Below, in pieces: positions 44,063-53,246 of a stretch of DNA of 64,000 nt. The position numbers and the translations under genes were made by a program. This DNA is from an uncultured Phycisphaera sp. Its GTDB lineage: Bacteria > Planctomycetota > Phycisphaerae > UBA1845. The notes beneath the pieces were generated by a model. The model made no database searches. It saw nothing but the letters and a program-made list of their open reading frames with translations, and was not told the origin of the DNA. The stretch is from contig CAZYEX010000108.1 of the NCBI GenBank assembly GCA_964646605.1, positions 9,382 to 73,381 of the forward strand, read 5' to 3'. Every line of letters starts with the position of its first letter. Position 1 is the stretch's first letter.

Positions 44063-44925
44063 CACCCACCATCTACTTCAACGGCGCTTTCGTCGCACCG
44101 CAAGAGGCGGCCGTGAATGTCTCCGACGGCGGCTTCCTTCACGGGGCGGGTTTGTTTGAAACGCTCCGTGCGCAGGCGGGGCGCATCTTTCGCCTCGAAT
44201 CCCATCTGGAGCGCCTGCGGCGTTCGGCGGCGCGACTCCTCGTGCCTCTGAAGCGCGACGACCTTCCTTCGGCCGACGTTTTTCATGAACTCCTGGAACG
44301 AAACGGGCTGCCGCAGGCCCGCGTACGTCTGACCGTCACCGCCGGTTCCATGCGCGACGAGACCGAGAACGAAGAAGGCCATCTGACCGTCTGTGTGACC
44401 GCCACGGAACTGTCGCCTTACCCGGCGGGGCACTATGAACGGGGGGTGCAGGTGGCGGTGTGCGATTTTCGGCAATCGAGCAGCGACCCCGTGGCGGGGC
44501 ATAAGACCACGTCCTACCTTCCCCGCCTTCTCGGTCTGCGAACCGCACACGCCAAGCGATGCGTGGAGGCCATCTGGTTCACCACCCAGAACCGCCTCGC
44601 CGAGGGGTCGATTTCCAACGTGTTTGTTGTACGAGACGGATGCCTGAAGACCCCACCCCTGGACACGCCGGTGCTTCCGGGGATCACCCGCGGCGTGGTC
44701 CTGGAGTTGGCGGAGGCCGCGGACGAGCCCGTCGAGCAAACGTTGCTCGGCGTCCACGACCTGCTCGATGCCGACGAAGTGTTTCTGACCAACGCGGTCA
44801 TGCAGGTCATGCCCGTGATCCGCGTCGAGCGCCACGACATCGCCGACGCCAAGGTCGGAGTGATCACCCGCCGCTTCCGCGAGGCGTATCTGGATTTGGT
44901 GAATGAGGAGTGTGGAACGCCATGA
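44059..44925 (+). CDS. pabC: aminodeoxychorismate lyase / class IV aminotransferase
   Basis: GTGA start/stop overlap with pabB. GGFLHGAGLFETLRA, HKTTSYL, EGSISNVFVV, PGITRG (fold-type IV PLP family). Confidence 0.8.
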   Translation: MTPTIYFNGAFVAPQEAAVNVSDGGFLHGAGLFETLRAQAGRIFRLESHLERLRRSAARLLVPLKRDDLPSADVFHELLERNGLPQARVRLTVTAGSMRDETENEEGHLTVCVTATELSPYPAGHYERGVQVAVCDFRQSSSDPVAGHKTTSYLPRLLGLRTAHAKRCVEAIWFTTQNRLAEGSISNVFVVRDGCLKTPPLDTPVLPGITRGVVLELAEAADEPVEQTLLGVHDLLDADEVFLTNAVMQVMPVIRVERHDIADAKVGVITRRFREAYLDLVNEECGTP

Positions 44926-46061
44926 ACCAAGATCGACCCTCCCGAGGCGGTCGGCGGACCCGGACCGTTTGTGACGTCTGCAAAGCCATGGAGCGGATCG
45001 CGCCGCTCAAGCTGGCCCAGGAGTGGGACAACGTGGGGCTGATCGCGGGCGACGCGCAGAGCCCCGTCCGACGACTCTTGCTGACCATCGACCTCTCGGG
45101 GCCGGTCGTGCAGGAGGCCGTCGAACGTCGTTGCGAAATGGTCATCGCTTACCATCCGCCGATCTTCAAGCCGATTCGCTCCTTGCGGGCGTCGAGTTCG
45201 GGCATGGAGGCGTTGGTGTTTCGATGCATTCGCGCCGGCCTATCTGTGTATTCGCCGCACACCGCCCTCGATGCGGCCGAGGGCGGGACCAACGACGTGT
45301 TGGCACGGTTGTGCGGGCTGACCCGAACCGAGCCGATCGAATTCGTGGACGATCCCCGTGGAGCACAGTGCAAGTTCGTGGTCTTCGTGCCGGCGGAGCA
45401 CGTGGAAAAAGTATCCGACGCGATCTTCACCGCCGGGGCCGGGCACATCGGCGACTACAGCCGTTGCAGCTTTCGCATCCCCGGCGAAGGGACGTTCCTG
45501 GGCGGAAAAACGACGAACCCGCGCGTCGGACAGCGTGGACGCGTGGCGGCGGTCAAGGAGATTCGCGTCGAGGCCGTGGTATTCGTGCGGGACCTTCCGG
45601 CCGTCGTGGCGGCGATGGGCGGTGCCCATCCCTACGAGGAACCGGCCTTCGACATCTATTCGCTACGCGGTGCCCCGGTCCGAGGGATCGGTCGGATCGG
45701 ACGGTTCGAGAAGCCAAAGACATTGTCGGCGCTGGCTCGCGCGCTCCGCACCGCGGTGAAGGTGGACCGCGTGCAGGTCGTGGGCGATGCTGGACAGAGG
45801 ATCGAACAGGCCGTAGTCGTCGCCGGGGCGGCGGGCGATCTTCCGTTCCGCGTGCCCCTGGGCCCGCGGCACGTCATCGTCACCGGCGAAATCCGTCACC
45901 ACGACGCCCTCACCATCCGCCGGATCGGATGCGCCGCGCTCGCCCTCGGCCACTGGGCGAGCGAACGGCCCGCGCTGACCCCGCTGAGGGCGAGGCTCCA
46001 TGAACTTCTCAACGTGAGCGTAACCGTCAGCGCCGCGGACGCCGATCCGTTTGGCGGGTAG
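44922..46061 (+). CDS. Nif3-like dinuclear metal centre protein (YbgI/NIF3 family)
   Basis: ATGA overlap with the pabC stop. ERIAPLKLAQEWDNVGLIAGD...VIAYHPPIF...LSVYSPHTALD...TGEIRHHD. Confidence 0.8.
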   Translation: MNQDRPSRGGRRTRTVCDVCKAMERIAPLKLAQEWDNVGLIAGDAQSPVRRLLLTIDLSGPVVQEAVERRCEMVIAYHPPIFKPIRSLRASSSGMEALVFRCIRAGLSVYSPHTALDAAEGGTNDVLARLCGLTRTEPIEFVDDPRGAQCKFVVFVPAEHVEKVSDAIFTAGAGHIGDYSRCSFRIPGEGTFLGGKTTNPRVGQRGRVAAVKEIRVEAVVFVRDLPAVVAAMGGAHPYEEPAFDIYSLRGAPVRGIGRIGRFEKPKTLSALARALRTAVKVDRVQVVGDAGQRIEQAVVVAGAAGDLPFRVPLGPRHVIVTGEIRHHDALTIRRIGCAALALGHWASERPALTPLRARLHELLNVSVTVSAADADPFGG

Positions 46062-46084
46062 CTGTTTGATGCGCGTTGCGCCGT

Positions 46085-46369
46085 CTACGGGCAAACGTCG
46101 GTGATTGTGCCCAGTGGCTGGAGATCGTCACAAGCCCCAGGGACGGTACAGGCCGGATCCACACAGAAGTCGCCGACCTCCGCGTTGTTCACTTCGAAGT
46201 CGCCGGGGGCGCAATTGGCGAGGACGGTCCCGCAGGGATCGAAATACCGCGTCACGGCGATCAGCCGATCATCGCAGGACCCGATGAATCCCGGAACGGC
46301 CGCGCCGCTGGAAAGAAGGGCCAGGAATCGGAAACATCGACGCTTGACGTTCCTAGGTCGAAGGCTCAT
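46085..46369 (-). CDS. small Cys-rich lipoprotein-like protein (94 aa)
   Basis: GAGGA SD. The signal carries a lipobox FIGSC. 8 further Cys. Ends ...PLGTITDVCP. Confidence 0.55.
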   Translation of the reverse strand: MSLRPRNVKRRCFRFLALLSSGAAVPGFIGSCDDRLIAVTRYFDPCGTVLANCAPGDFEVNNAEVGDFCVDPACTVPGACDDLQPLGTITDVCP

Positions 46370-46436
46370 TCTAGCTCATCCTCAATGAAACCACAGTACG
46401 CGGTCGGTCACACCGGAACGCGCAGTGCATCGGCGG

Positions 46437-46700
46437 TCACGGGCCACTGGGGCAATCGGTAAACAGCGGCAGTTGTGAATCCCCCTCGACGGTCTGGTTT
46501 CCACTGCCGATACCACTGCAGGGGTCGATCGTTCCGCCCAGAATGCCGTTCTGGCAGTCGAAGATAAAGCAGAGATCGGCGGTGACCAGGGCGCTTTGCC
46601 CCGCGAAACTACTGCAGCTTGTGCCGGGACCGGCCATCAAGTACCCGGCAGAGCCGAGAAGCGTCAACGCCGAGATCACCTTCCGCCCGCGTTTATGCAT
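46437..46700 (-). CDS. small Cys-rich secreted protein (87 aa from ATG 46700)
   Basis: GGAAGGA SD 8 nt upstream. MHKRGRKVISALTLLGSAGYLMAG... 6 Cys. Ends ...LPLFTDCPSGP, resembling the C-terminus of its neighbour. Confidence 0.5.
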   Translation of the reverse strand: MHKRGRKVISALTLLGSAGYLMAGPGTSCSSFAGQSALVTADLCFIFDCQNGILGGTIDPCSGIGSGNQTVEGDSQLPLFTDCPSGP

Positions 46701-46945
46701 TGTCGAGGTCCTTCCAGCCGCCAACCGAGGTCAACCGACGCCGACATTGGCCGCACCGCCACCGACGCTCCACCGAACCACTCGGAGCATAGGGGCTGCG
46801 GCGGCGGTTCGCAAGTCGCCGCAAACCACCGACGCCTCACGATTTTCTCGGAACCGACGTGTCCAGACAAGTCGGGCAGGCGTCGATTTTCCGGGGATTC
46901 CCATGGAGCCGTGCCCCACCCGCGTGGCCGGGGACGCGATCGAGG

Positions 46946-48052
46946 TCACGGGACGCCCAGAGCTTCACAGATGCGGGCGGCGCTTACGGGCTGGATAATC
47001 CCTCGTTCGGTGATGAGTCCCTGGATGAGTTCCGCGGGGGTCACGTCGAAGGCCGGGCAATAGCAGGCTACGTCGGCGGGGGCCGTCGGCGTGCCGAACC
47101 CGCGACGGACCTCCTCGGGGCTTCGTTCTTCGATGGGGATCCGGGAACCGTCAGGGAGGGAAAGGTCGAACGTGCTGCTCGGGGCGGCGACGTAGAAGGG
47201 GACGCCGTGAGCCCGCGCCAGGACGGCCAGCCCATAGGTGCCGATCTTGTTGGCCGTGTCCCCGTTGGCCGCGATGCGATCGGCCCCGGTGATGACCAGA
47301 TCGACCCGCCCCGATTTCATCAACGACGCGGCCATGCTGTCGCAAAGAAGCGTGACGTCGATCCCGGCGCGACCCAGCTCCCACGCCGTCAGCCGCGAGC
47401 CTTGCAGCAAAGGCCTGGTTTCTCCAGCAAAAACGTGGAAATGGCGACCCTGCTCGTGAGCCGCGTAGAGCGGGGCCAAGGCGGTTCCGTAGTATGCGGT
47501 CGCCAGACTCCCCGCGTTGCAGTGGGTCAGAATCCCCATCCCCGGCTTGACGAGGGCTTCCCCGTGGCGACCGATGGACCGGCACATGGCCTCGTCCTCG
47601 TCGCGGATGCGCTTCGCTTCATCGAGCAAGACTTGTTTGATCGCCGCCGCATCGGTCAAGGGCGTCGAGCGGGCGTAGGCGTGCATTCGATCTAGCGCCC
47701 ACTGGAGGTTGACCGCCGTCGGACGAGAAGTGCCAAGATACTGACACACTGCGCTCAGCCTATCGAGCAAACCCCCCCGATCCGTCCCGGCGTGGTCGCG
47801 GATGCCGAGCACCGCCCCCATCGCCGCGGCGATGCCGATCGCCGGCGCCCCCCGGACCCGCAACTGACGGATAGCCTCCCACATGGCCTCAACTTTGCGG
47901 CATTCGACGATGCGCAGCTCCCCCGGCAGCAGCGTCTGGTCGACCAGGGCGACGTGCCCATCCAACCCGCCGATCCATTCGATCGTTCTTGGCAAGTCCC
48001 CGAGGCTCAAGGTCACATTCCCACAGGTCCGCGGCAGTTCACCGAAAGTCAT
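46946..48052 (-). CDS. mtnA: S-methyl-5-thioribose-1-phosphate isomerase (eIF-2B alpha/beta/delta family)
   Basis: IEWIGGLDGHVALVDQTLLPGE..., RVRGAPAIGIAAA, NLQWAL, ILTHCNAGSLAT, ETRPLLQGSRLTAWEL, ADRIAANGDTANKIGTY. Confidence 0.85.
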   Translation of the reverse strand: MTFGELPRTCGNVTLSLGDLPRTIEWIGGLDGHVALVDQTLLPGELRIVECRKVEAMWEAIRQLRVRGAPAIGIAAAMGAVLGIRDHAGTDRGGLLDRLSAVCQYLGTSRPTAVNLQWALDRMHAYARSTPLTDAAAIKQVLLDEAKRIRDEDEAMCRSIGRHGEALVKPGMGILTHCNAGSLATAYYGTALAPLYAAHEQGRHFHVFAGETRPLLQGSRLTAWELGRAGIDVTLLCDSMAASLMKSGRVDLVITGADRIAANGDTANKIGTYGLAVLARAHGVPFYVAAPSSTFDLSLPDGSRIPIEERSPEEVRRGFGTPTAPADVACYCPAFDVTPAELIQGLITERGIIQPVSAARICEALGVP

Positions 48053-48180
48053 CCGAAGCTTAGCGGGGTCGGGGTTGACATAGAAACCCAGCCATGTTCC
48101 GCGCAGCGGAATCGACCACAAAACACTAATTGCCGCCACACTGCAATACACATTTAGACATATTGTACAGAACATAATTC

Positions 48181-48209
48181 TTGACAAGCTGCGATTCATG
48201 TAGTATTAG
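48181..48209 (+). promoter_or_regulatory. candidate sigma-70-type promoter for the Lrp/AsnC gene
   Basis: TTGACA (48181-48186), a 17-nt spacer, then TATTAG (48204-48209), in the only strongly AT-rich stretch of this region. It lies about 29 nt upstream of ATG 48238. Confidence 0.4.
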
Positions 48210-48237
48210 TTCTGAAATAAGTGAGGAGATGAGAACG

Positions 48238-48714
48238 ATGGACAGGATTGACCGTGAAATATTGAAGATGTTACAGGCCGACGGGCGGGTGGCAAATGCC
48301 GAAATCGCCCGTCGGGTGGAGATGGCCCCTTCCGCGGTCTTGGAGCGAATTCGCAAGCTGGAAGATCGCGGCCTGATTCTTGGATACTACGCGCGTCTTG
48401 ATCCCAGACTCCTGGGACAGGGGTTGCTTGCCTACGTCCTGGTTCGCTCGGACGGCGGCGCTTGGCAGGCAGACACTGCCGTACAGCTTTCGAATCTGCC
48501 CGAGGTGCAGGAGGTCCATCATATCGCGGGGGAGGACTGCTTTTTGGTCAAGGTGCGGACCAAAGATACGGCCAGCCTGGGCGAGCTCCTCCGCGAGCGG
48601 GTCGGTTCGCTGCCCAACGTTCGCAACACTCGAACGACCATTGTTTTGGAAACCGTGAAGGAAACGCTGGACATCGCCGTGGCCCTGCCGGTCGCGGAAG
48701 AGGTTCTGGCATGA
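48238..48714 (+). CDS. Lrp/AsnC family transcriptional regulator
   Basis: MDRIDREILKMLQADGRVANAEIARRVEMAPSAVLERIRKLEDRGLI (HTH_AsnC) followed by an ACT-like RAM domain. GAGGAG lies 9 nt upstream. Confidence 0.88.
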   Translation: MDRIDREILKMLQADGRVANAEIARRVEMAPSAVLERIRKLEDRGLILGYYARLDPRLLGQGLLAYVLVRSDGGAWQADTAVQLSNLPEVQEVHHIAGEDCFLVKVRTKDTASLGELLRERVGSLPNVRNTRTTIVLETVKETLDIAVALPVAEEVLA

Positions 48715-49709
48715 GCGCTCGACCGAGCGCCGCGCCTTCGCGGCTAGGGGTGATGGCTGCCTTCGCAGCCGTCTACGTGATCTGGGGATCGACCTACCTG
48801 GCGATCCGCTTCGCGCTGGAGACGATCCCGCCGTTGCTCATGGCGGGGATGCGTCACCTGCTCGCGGGGACGATCCTCTACACGTTGGTTCGTTGCACGG
48901 GATGCCCGCGTCCATCGATGGTCCAGTGGCGTTCGGCGCTGGTGATCGGCACGATGCTCCTGCTGGTCGGCAACGGGGGCGTCTGTTGGGCGGAACAAAC
49001 CGTCCCCTCCGGCCTTACGGCACTCTTTGTGACCACCGTTCCCGTTTGGCTGGTGATGCTGAATTGGCTGCGCCGCGACGGGGCCCGGCCGGGTTGGGTC
49101 GAAGTCGCGGGCGTAACCATGGGCCTGCTGGGGGTCGGCGTGCTCATGGGGGGCGCAGGATTGGTGGGCGGCGAACCCGTAAACCTGGTCGGCGCTTTGG
49201 TCCTGATGGTGGCGTCGCTCTCGTGGGCGTGGGGATCCATTTATTCACGTCACGCGCCGTTGCCGGCGTCGCCGCTCTGTTCCACGGCCATGCAGATGCT
49301 GTGCGGCGGGGTCATGTTGCTGATGACGGGACTGCTCTGGGGCGAGGGTTCGAGGTTCGCATGGGAGCAGATCTCCTTGCGCTCGGCGCTCTCGGTGGGA
49401 TACCTGACCGTCTTCGGGTCTCTGGTGGCATTCAGCGCCTACGTTTGGCTGCTGCAGGTCTCGACTCCGGCGATGGTGGGAACCTACGCCTTCGTGAACC
49501 CCGTGGTGGCGGTATTGTTGGGCTATTTCTTCGGCGGCGAACCGCTGTCGGCTCGGACGATGATCGCGGCGGTGATTATCGTCACGGCCGTCGTATTGAT
49601 TACCGTGCATGCCAAACGTGCCGCGAAAGGAAAGAACCTTCCCGCGGAGCCCGAATCGGCACTGGCCGGCAACGTTCGCACCTCGCGGCGCGAGTTTTGC
49701 GAGGCGTAG
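48711..49709 (+). CDS. EamA/DMT-superfamily transporter
   Basis: ATGA overlap with the regulator stop. MSARPSAAPSRLGVMAAFAAVYVIWGSTYLAIRFALE... About 10 TM segments, two EamA halves. Confidence 0.8.
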   Translation: MSARPSAAPSRLGVMAAFAAVYVIWGSTYLAIRFALETIPPLLMAGMRHLLAGTILYTLVRCTGCPRPSMVQWRSALVIGTMLLLVGNGGVCWAEQTVPSGLTALFVTTVPVWLVMLNWLRRDGARPGWVEVAGVTMGLLGVGVLMGGAGLVGGEPVNLVGALVLMVASLSWAWGSIYSRHAPLPASPLCSTAMQMLCGGVMLLMTGLLWGEGSRFAWEQISLRSALSVGYLTVFGSLVAFSAYVWLLQVSTPAMVGTYAFVNPVVAVLLGYFFGGEPLSARTMIAAVIIVTAVVLITVHAKRAAKGKNLPAEPESALAGNVRTSRREFCEA

Positions 49710-49758
49710 GTTCCAATGAATCGTTGGCCGACTCTTACACTCGACGGAGGCTAGAGTG

Positions 49759-50595
49759 ATGACTCCCTCAAACGATCCATCTGCGTTGCAGGACACGGTA
49801 CGCCAAGCATACGGAAAAATCGCGCGCGGGGAACGGGCCTCGTGTGGACCGCAGTCGGGGTGTTGTGGAAGCGCACAGGTCACAGAACGGATCGGGTATG
49901 ACCCGGGCGATCTGCGATGCCTTCCCGAAGGGGCGGATATGGGGCTGTCGTGTGGAAACCCGACGGCACTGGCCTCGCTTCGGGACAGCGAAATCGTGCT
50001 CGATCTCGGAAGCGGCGGCGGGTTGGATTGTTTCATCGCCGGACCCAAGGTCGGCGCGAACGGGCGGGTCATCGGCGTGGACATGACCGCGGACATGCTT
50101 TCGCTCGCACGGCGGGGCTGCGCGGACTACCGGCGTCGCACGGGCCTGGACAACGTCGAGTTTCGGCTCGGGGAGATCGAACACCTGCCCGCGGGCAATG
50201 CCAGCGTGGACGTGGTGATTTCGAACTGCGTCCTGAATCTCTCGGGCGACAAGCCGCAGGTCTGGCGTGAGATTTCCCGCGTCCTACGTCCCGGCGGGCG
50301 GGTGGCGGTGTCCGACCTGGCGCTGTTGCAACCGTTGCCCGAGGAAGTCACCCGCATGGTCGAAGCCCTTATCGGCTGCGTCGGCGGGGCGGCGCTCCTC
50401 GCGGACATTCGGACCATGATGAGCGATGCCGGACTGACCGAAATTCGCCTCGACCCCAAGCCCAACTACATCAAGACCCTGGGTGAGCTGAAAGACCCGA
50501 TCTACCGCACCGTTGCTGCGAAGCTTCCCGCAAGCGCAACCCTCGACGAGTTCATCACCAGCGTCGACATTTCCGCCCGCAAACCGTCGAACTGA
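49759..50595 (+). CDS. arsM: arsenite S-adenosylmethionine methyltransferase-like
   Basis: VRQAYGKIAR...SCGPQSGCCGS...LSCGNPTALA...VLDLGSGGGLDCF. Class I SAM motif plus N-terminal Cys pairs typical of ArsM. Confidence 0.7.
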   Translation: MTPSNDPSALQDTVRQAYGKIARGERASCGPQSGCCGSAQVTERIGYDPGDLRCLPEGADMGLSCGNPTALASLRDSEIVLDLGSGGGLDCFIAGPKVGANGRVIGVDMTADMLSLARRGCADYRRRTGLDNVEFRLGEIEHLPAGNASVDVVISNCVLNLSGDKPQVWREISRVLRPGGRVAVSDLALLQPLPEEVTRMVEALIGCVGGAALLADIRTMMSDAGLTEIRLDPKPNYIKTLGELKDPIYRTVAAKLPASATLDEFITSVDISARKPSN

Positions 50596-50615
50596 TCGCC
50601 GCGCAAACACACAGC

Positions 50616-50657
50616 CCCGCCGCCTGCGAAACTCGGCAAGCGGCGGGACTGTTTTGG
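50616..50657 (+). terminator. candidate intrinsic terminator after arsM
   Basis: CCCGCCGC (50616-23) pairs with GCGGCGGG (50640-47) and is followed by ACTGTTTTGG. The loop is long (16 nt), so confidence is modest. Confidence 0.4.
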
Positions 50658-50693
50658 CGCGTGACTCCCCCTTGTCGTAGAGGAATGTGACCC

Positions 50694-52994
50694 CTACGGG
50701 TTATTTGACACATCCGTGGGCCGACCGGCGCTGCCGCTGCTCGCACCGCTGCCGTCGGTGGAAACCGTACCGCCGTCGATCGGATCAATGACCTCGATGG
50801 GAACCGGCTCGGGTTCGACGATGACCGGGGGCTCCTCGACGAAGACGGGTCCGTAAAAGAGTTCGTGCTCGACCGAGGACGGACTGCTGGACGGCGCTTC
50901 GCGCACGCCCAGGTTCGTCACGGCATAGAACTTGTCCTCGATGAACACGCCGCGGGTGAAGGAGGTCCCCCAATAGGGCGATTCCTCGAAGCGCGTGCTG
51001 ATGCGGCCAAGCTCCGACAAGCCCGCCTCGGGAGTAGCTCGGAACACGACCACGCCATCAAACCCGTCGTCCACCGGAATGGGCGAATCTTCGACGCTCA
51101 CGCCGCCGTCGCCCACCACGACTCCACCCGTGCCTCCGCCGTCATCGTAGATGTACGTCGCGTACACCGACACGGGCAGGGCCACCAGACCCTGAGACGC
51201 AAAGTACGTGAACGCCTTCGGGTCGTAGATCGCCTCGGAATAGGCCCCCGAGTCGCCGCCGATGATCACGTTCGACGTCCTCGTGGGGTTCGCGAAATCG
51301 GTCACGTCGAAGATCGAAACTTGCACGCCCCACGTGCCCCCGGCGCCCGGCGGGGGAACGTATTGTCCCACGGCCAACAGGTGATTCGCGTCCATCGGCG
51401 TCAGGTAGGTGGAGAACCCCGGAACCTCGAGCTCACCGACGACACGAGGGTTGGTCGGGTCGGAAAGGTCGAGGGTGAACAACGGGTCGGTCTGCAGGAA
51501 GGTGACGACATAGCCGCGGTCGCCGATGAAACGAGCGGCCTGAATCGTCTCCCGCGGGGCAATGTCACGCACGCTCCCCACCTCCGACAATGTGTCGTTC
51601 ACCTGCGACAGGACGTAGACGTTGTTGTGCGCCTCTTCGGTCTGGGCGCACTCGAAGAAATTGCACGTGAACTGGGCGTCGAGAGTCGTGGCGGCGCGAA
51701 GGTTGCCCTGGTATTCGCTCATCGAGTACTGATTGAGGATTCGTCCGGGGACGGCTCCGGTGGCGACGGGCCGCGCTCCGCGATTCTCGTAGTCGAACTT
51801 GTAGACGTTGGTCGTGGTGCGGGCGTTGCCCAGGTAATCGTAGCTCGTGTTGGTCAAATACATGGCTTCCAATGAGGAGTAGATCAGTCCCGGCTCGGCG
51901 ACCACGCCGACGGCCGTAAACTGGCCGTCGTTGTCCACGTCCAGGCTGACCAAAGTCACCGTGCCGAACCCGTCGGGATCGACCGGGTAGTACATCTCCC
52001 GCCAGGTCACCACGGGACCCGCGGACTCACTTTCGTCGGCGTCGAGGCGGGTGAATTCGGGCAGAATCACCTCGACCTGGACCTCGTCCACGTTCAACTC
52101 CGGCCGGCCCAGCATGGGCAGCACGTCGAAGTAATACTCCTGGTAATTGCTGATGACCATGTGCAGCACGCCGTCGATCATGCGCGTCGCGGATTGCGTG
52201 CCGTCAAACTTGGTCTGCGAAAGCACTCGCGGGTTGGCGGTGTCGGACGCGTCGACAACGGTGACGATGGTGTGTGGTCTCTCATACTGGTACTCGTCGC
52301 CGCCGAACGGTGGTGCAATGGAAATCGCGTCGCCGTCCACGGGTTCGGAGCCGATGATCTCCACCCCGGTGGGTTCATCGGGGGCGGCTACGTCCTGCGC
52401 CGCGATGGCATCGATCAACGGGTAGTAGTAGAAGCCGCCGCCCGTGGTGACGGCCACGACCTTGTCCCCGCGGAGGTACAGATCACGGCCATAACCCTCC
52501 AGGTCGGTTTCGCTGACCACGCCGAGCGAATCGGTTGGGTTGGCGCGCACGATCCGCAGAACGCTGCCGTCGTTGATGGTGTCTATCATGTACAGGTACG
52601 TGCCGTCGGTCTTCACGACGTCGGCTTCGTCGACTCCGGCTTCCTGGATGGTGGTTCCGGAATGGTCACCATCGGTGGGGGCGGAACTCGGCGGCGCCTC
52701 GGCGAGCCCACTGGCATCGTCCATCGCCGATCCGTCGCCAACCGCCTCGCCGCCCGGCAGCGAGGGGGTGGTTTCCAGCACATCGCGATTGAACTCAGTG
52801 TAGTCCGCGTTGCGCTGTCCGAGCTGCTGCTTGAAGTATGCCTCCATTTCCTCCTGGGATGTGAAGGCCTTCAATTCCGGCGACCCGCTTCCCACGGTCG
52901 GCGCCAGGCCTGGGAAAAGCTCATATACGACGTTGCAACCGCCTACCGCAGCCAAAACCAGGAACAAACTGCGTTGCGTCCAAGTACGTTTCAT
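50694..52994 (-). CDS. secreted lipoprotein of the beta-propeller-domain family (Beta_propel-like)
   Basis: AAGGGGG SD. MKRTWTQRSLFLVLAAVGGC lipobox. TIQEAGVDEADVVKTDGTYLYMI and later propeller strands typical of that family. Confidence 0.7.
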   Translation of the reverse strand: MKRTWTQRSLFLVLAAVGGCNVVYELFPGLAPTVGSGSPELKAFTSQEEMEAYFKQQLGQRNADYTEFNRDVLETTPSLPGGEAVGDGSAMDDASGLAEAPPSSAPTDGDHSGTTIQEAGVDEADVVKTDGTYLYMIDTINDGSVLRIVRANPTDSLGVVSETDLEGYGRDLYLRGDKVVAVTTGGGFYYYPLIDAIAAQDVAAPDEPTGVEIIGSEPVDGDAISIAPPFGGDEYQYERPHTIVTVVDASDTANPRVLSQTKFDGTQSATRMIDGVLHMVISNYQEYYFDVLPMLGRPELNVDEVQVEVILPEFTRLDADESESAGPVVTWREMYYPVDPDGFGTVTLVSLDVDNDGQFTAVGVVAEPGLIYSSLEAMYLTNTSYDYLGNARTTTNVYKFDYENRGARPVATGAVPGRILNQYSMSEYQGNLRAATTLDAQFTCNFFECAQTEEAHNNVYVLSQVNDTLSEVGSVRDIAPRETIQAARFIGDRGYVVTFLQTDPLFTLDLSDPTNPRVVGELEVPGFSTYLTPMDANHLLAVGQYVPPPGAGGTWGVQVSIFDVTDFANPTRTSNVIIGGDSGAYSEAIYDPKAFTYFASQGLVALPVSVYATYIYDDGGGTGGVVVGDGGVSVEDSPIPVDDGFDGVVVFRATPEAGLSELGRISTRFEESPYWGTSFTRGVFIEDKFYAVTNLGVREAPSSSPSSVEHELFYGPVFVEEPPVIVEPEPVPIEVIDPIDGGTVSTDGSGASSGSAGRPTDVSNNP

Positions 52995-53246
52995 GGTTAA
53001 AACCCCCTTCAGCTGGTGGTTAGAGGCCATTCCTATACCGATCCGCGCGTCCTCGCCGCGCACCCTTAACTATCGGTTACCCAAATGACCGGTCAAGCAC
53101 GCCAATTGGGCCTGCCGCCGAGGTTTCTACAAGAAAAGACGCTCCGAACGATCGTTGTCGCACCCCGGGGATTCCAAATCGTGGTTCGAGGTGATAAGAG
53201 AAGCAATCGCGCGGCATCGAACTGGAAACGAGGCGAGAGACCGAAA

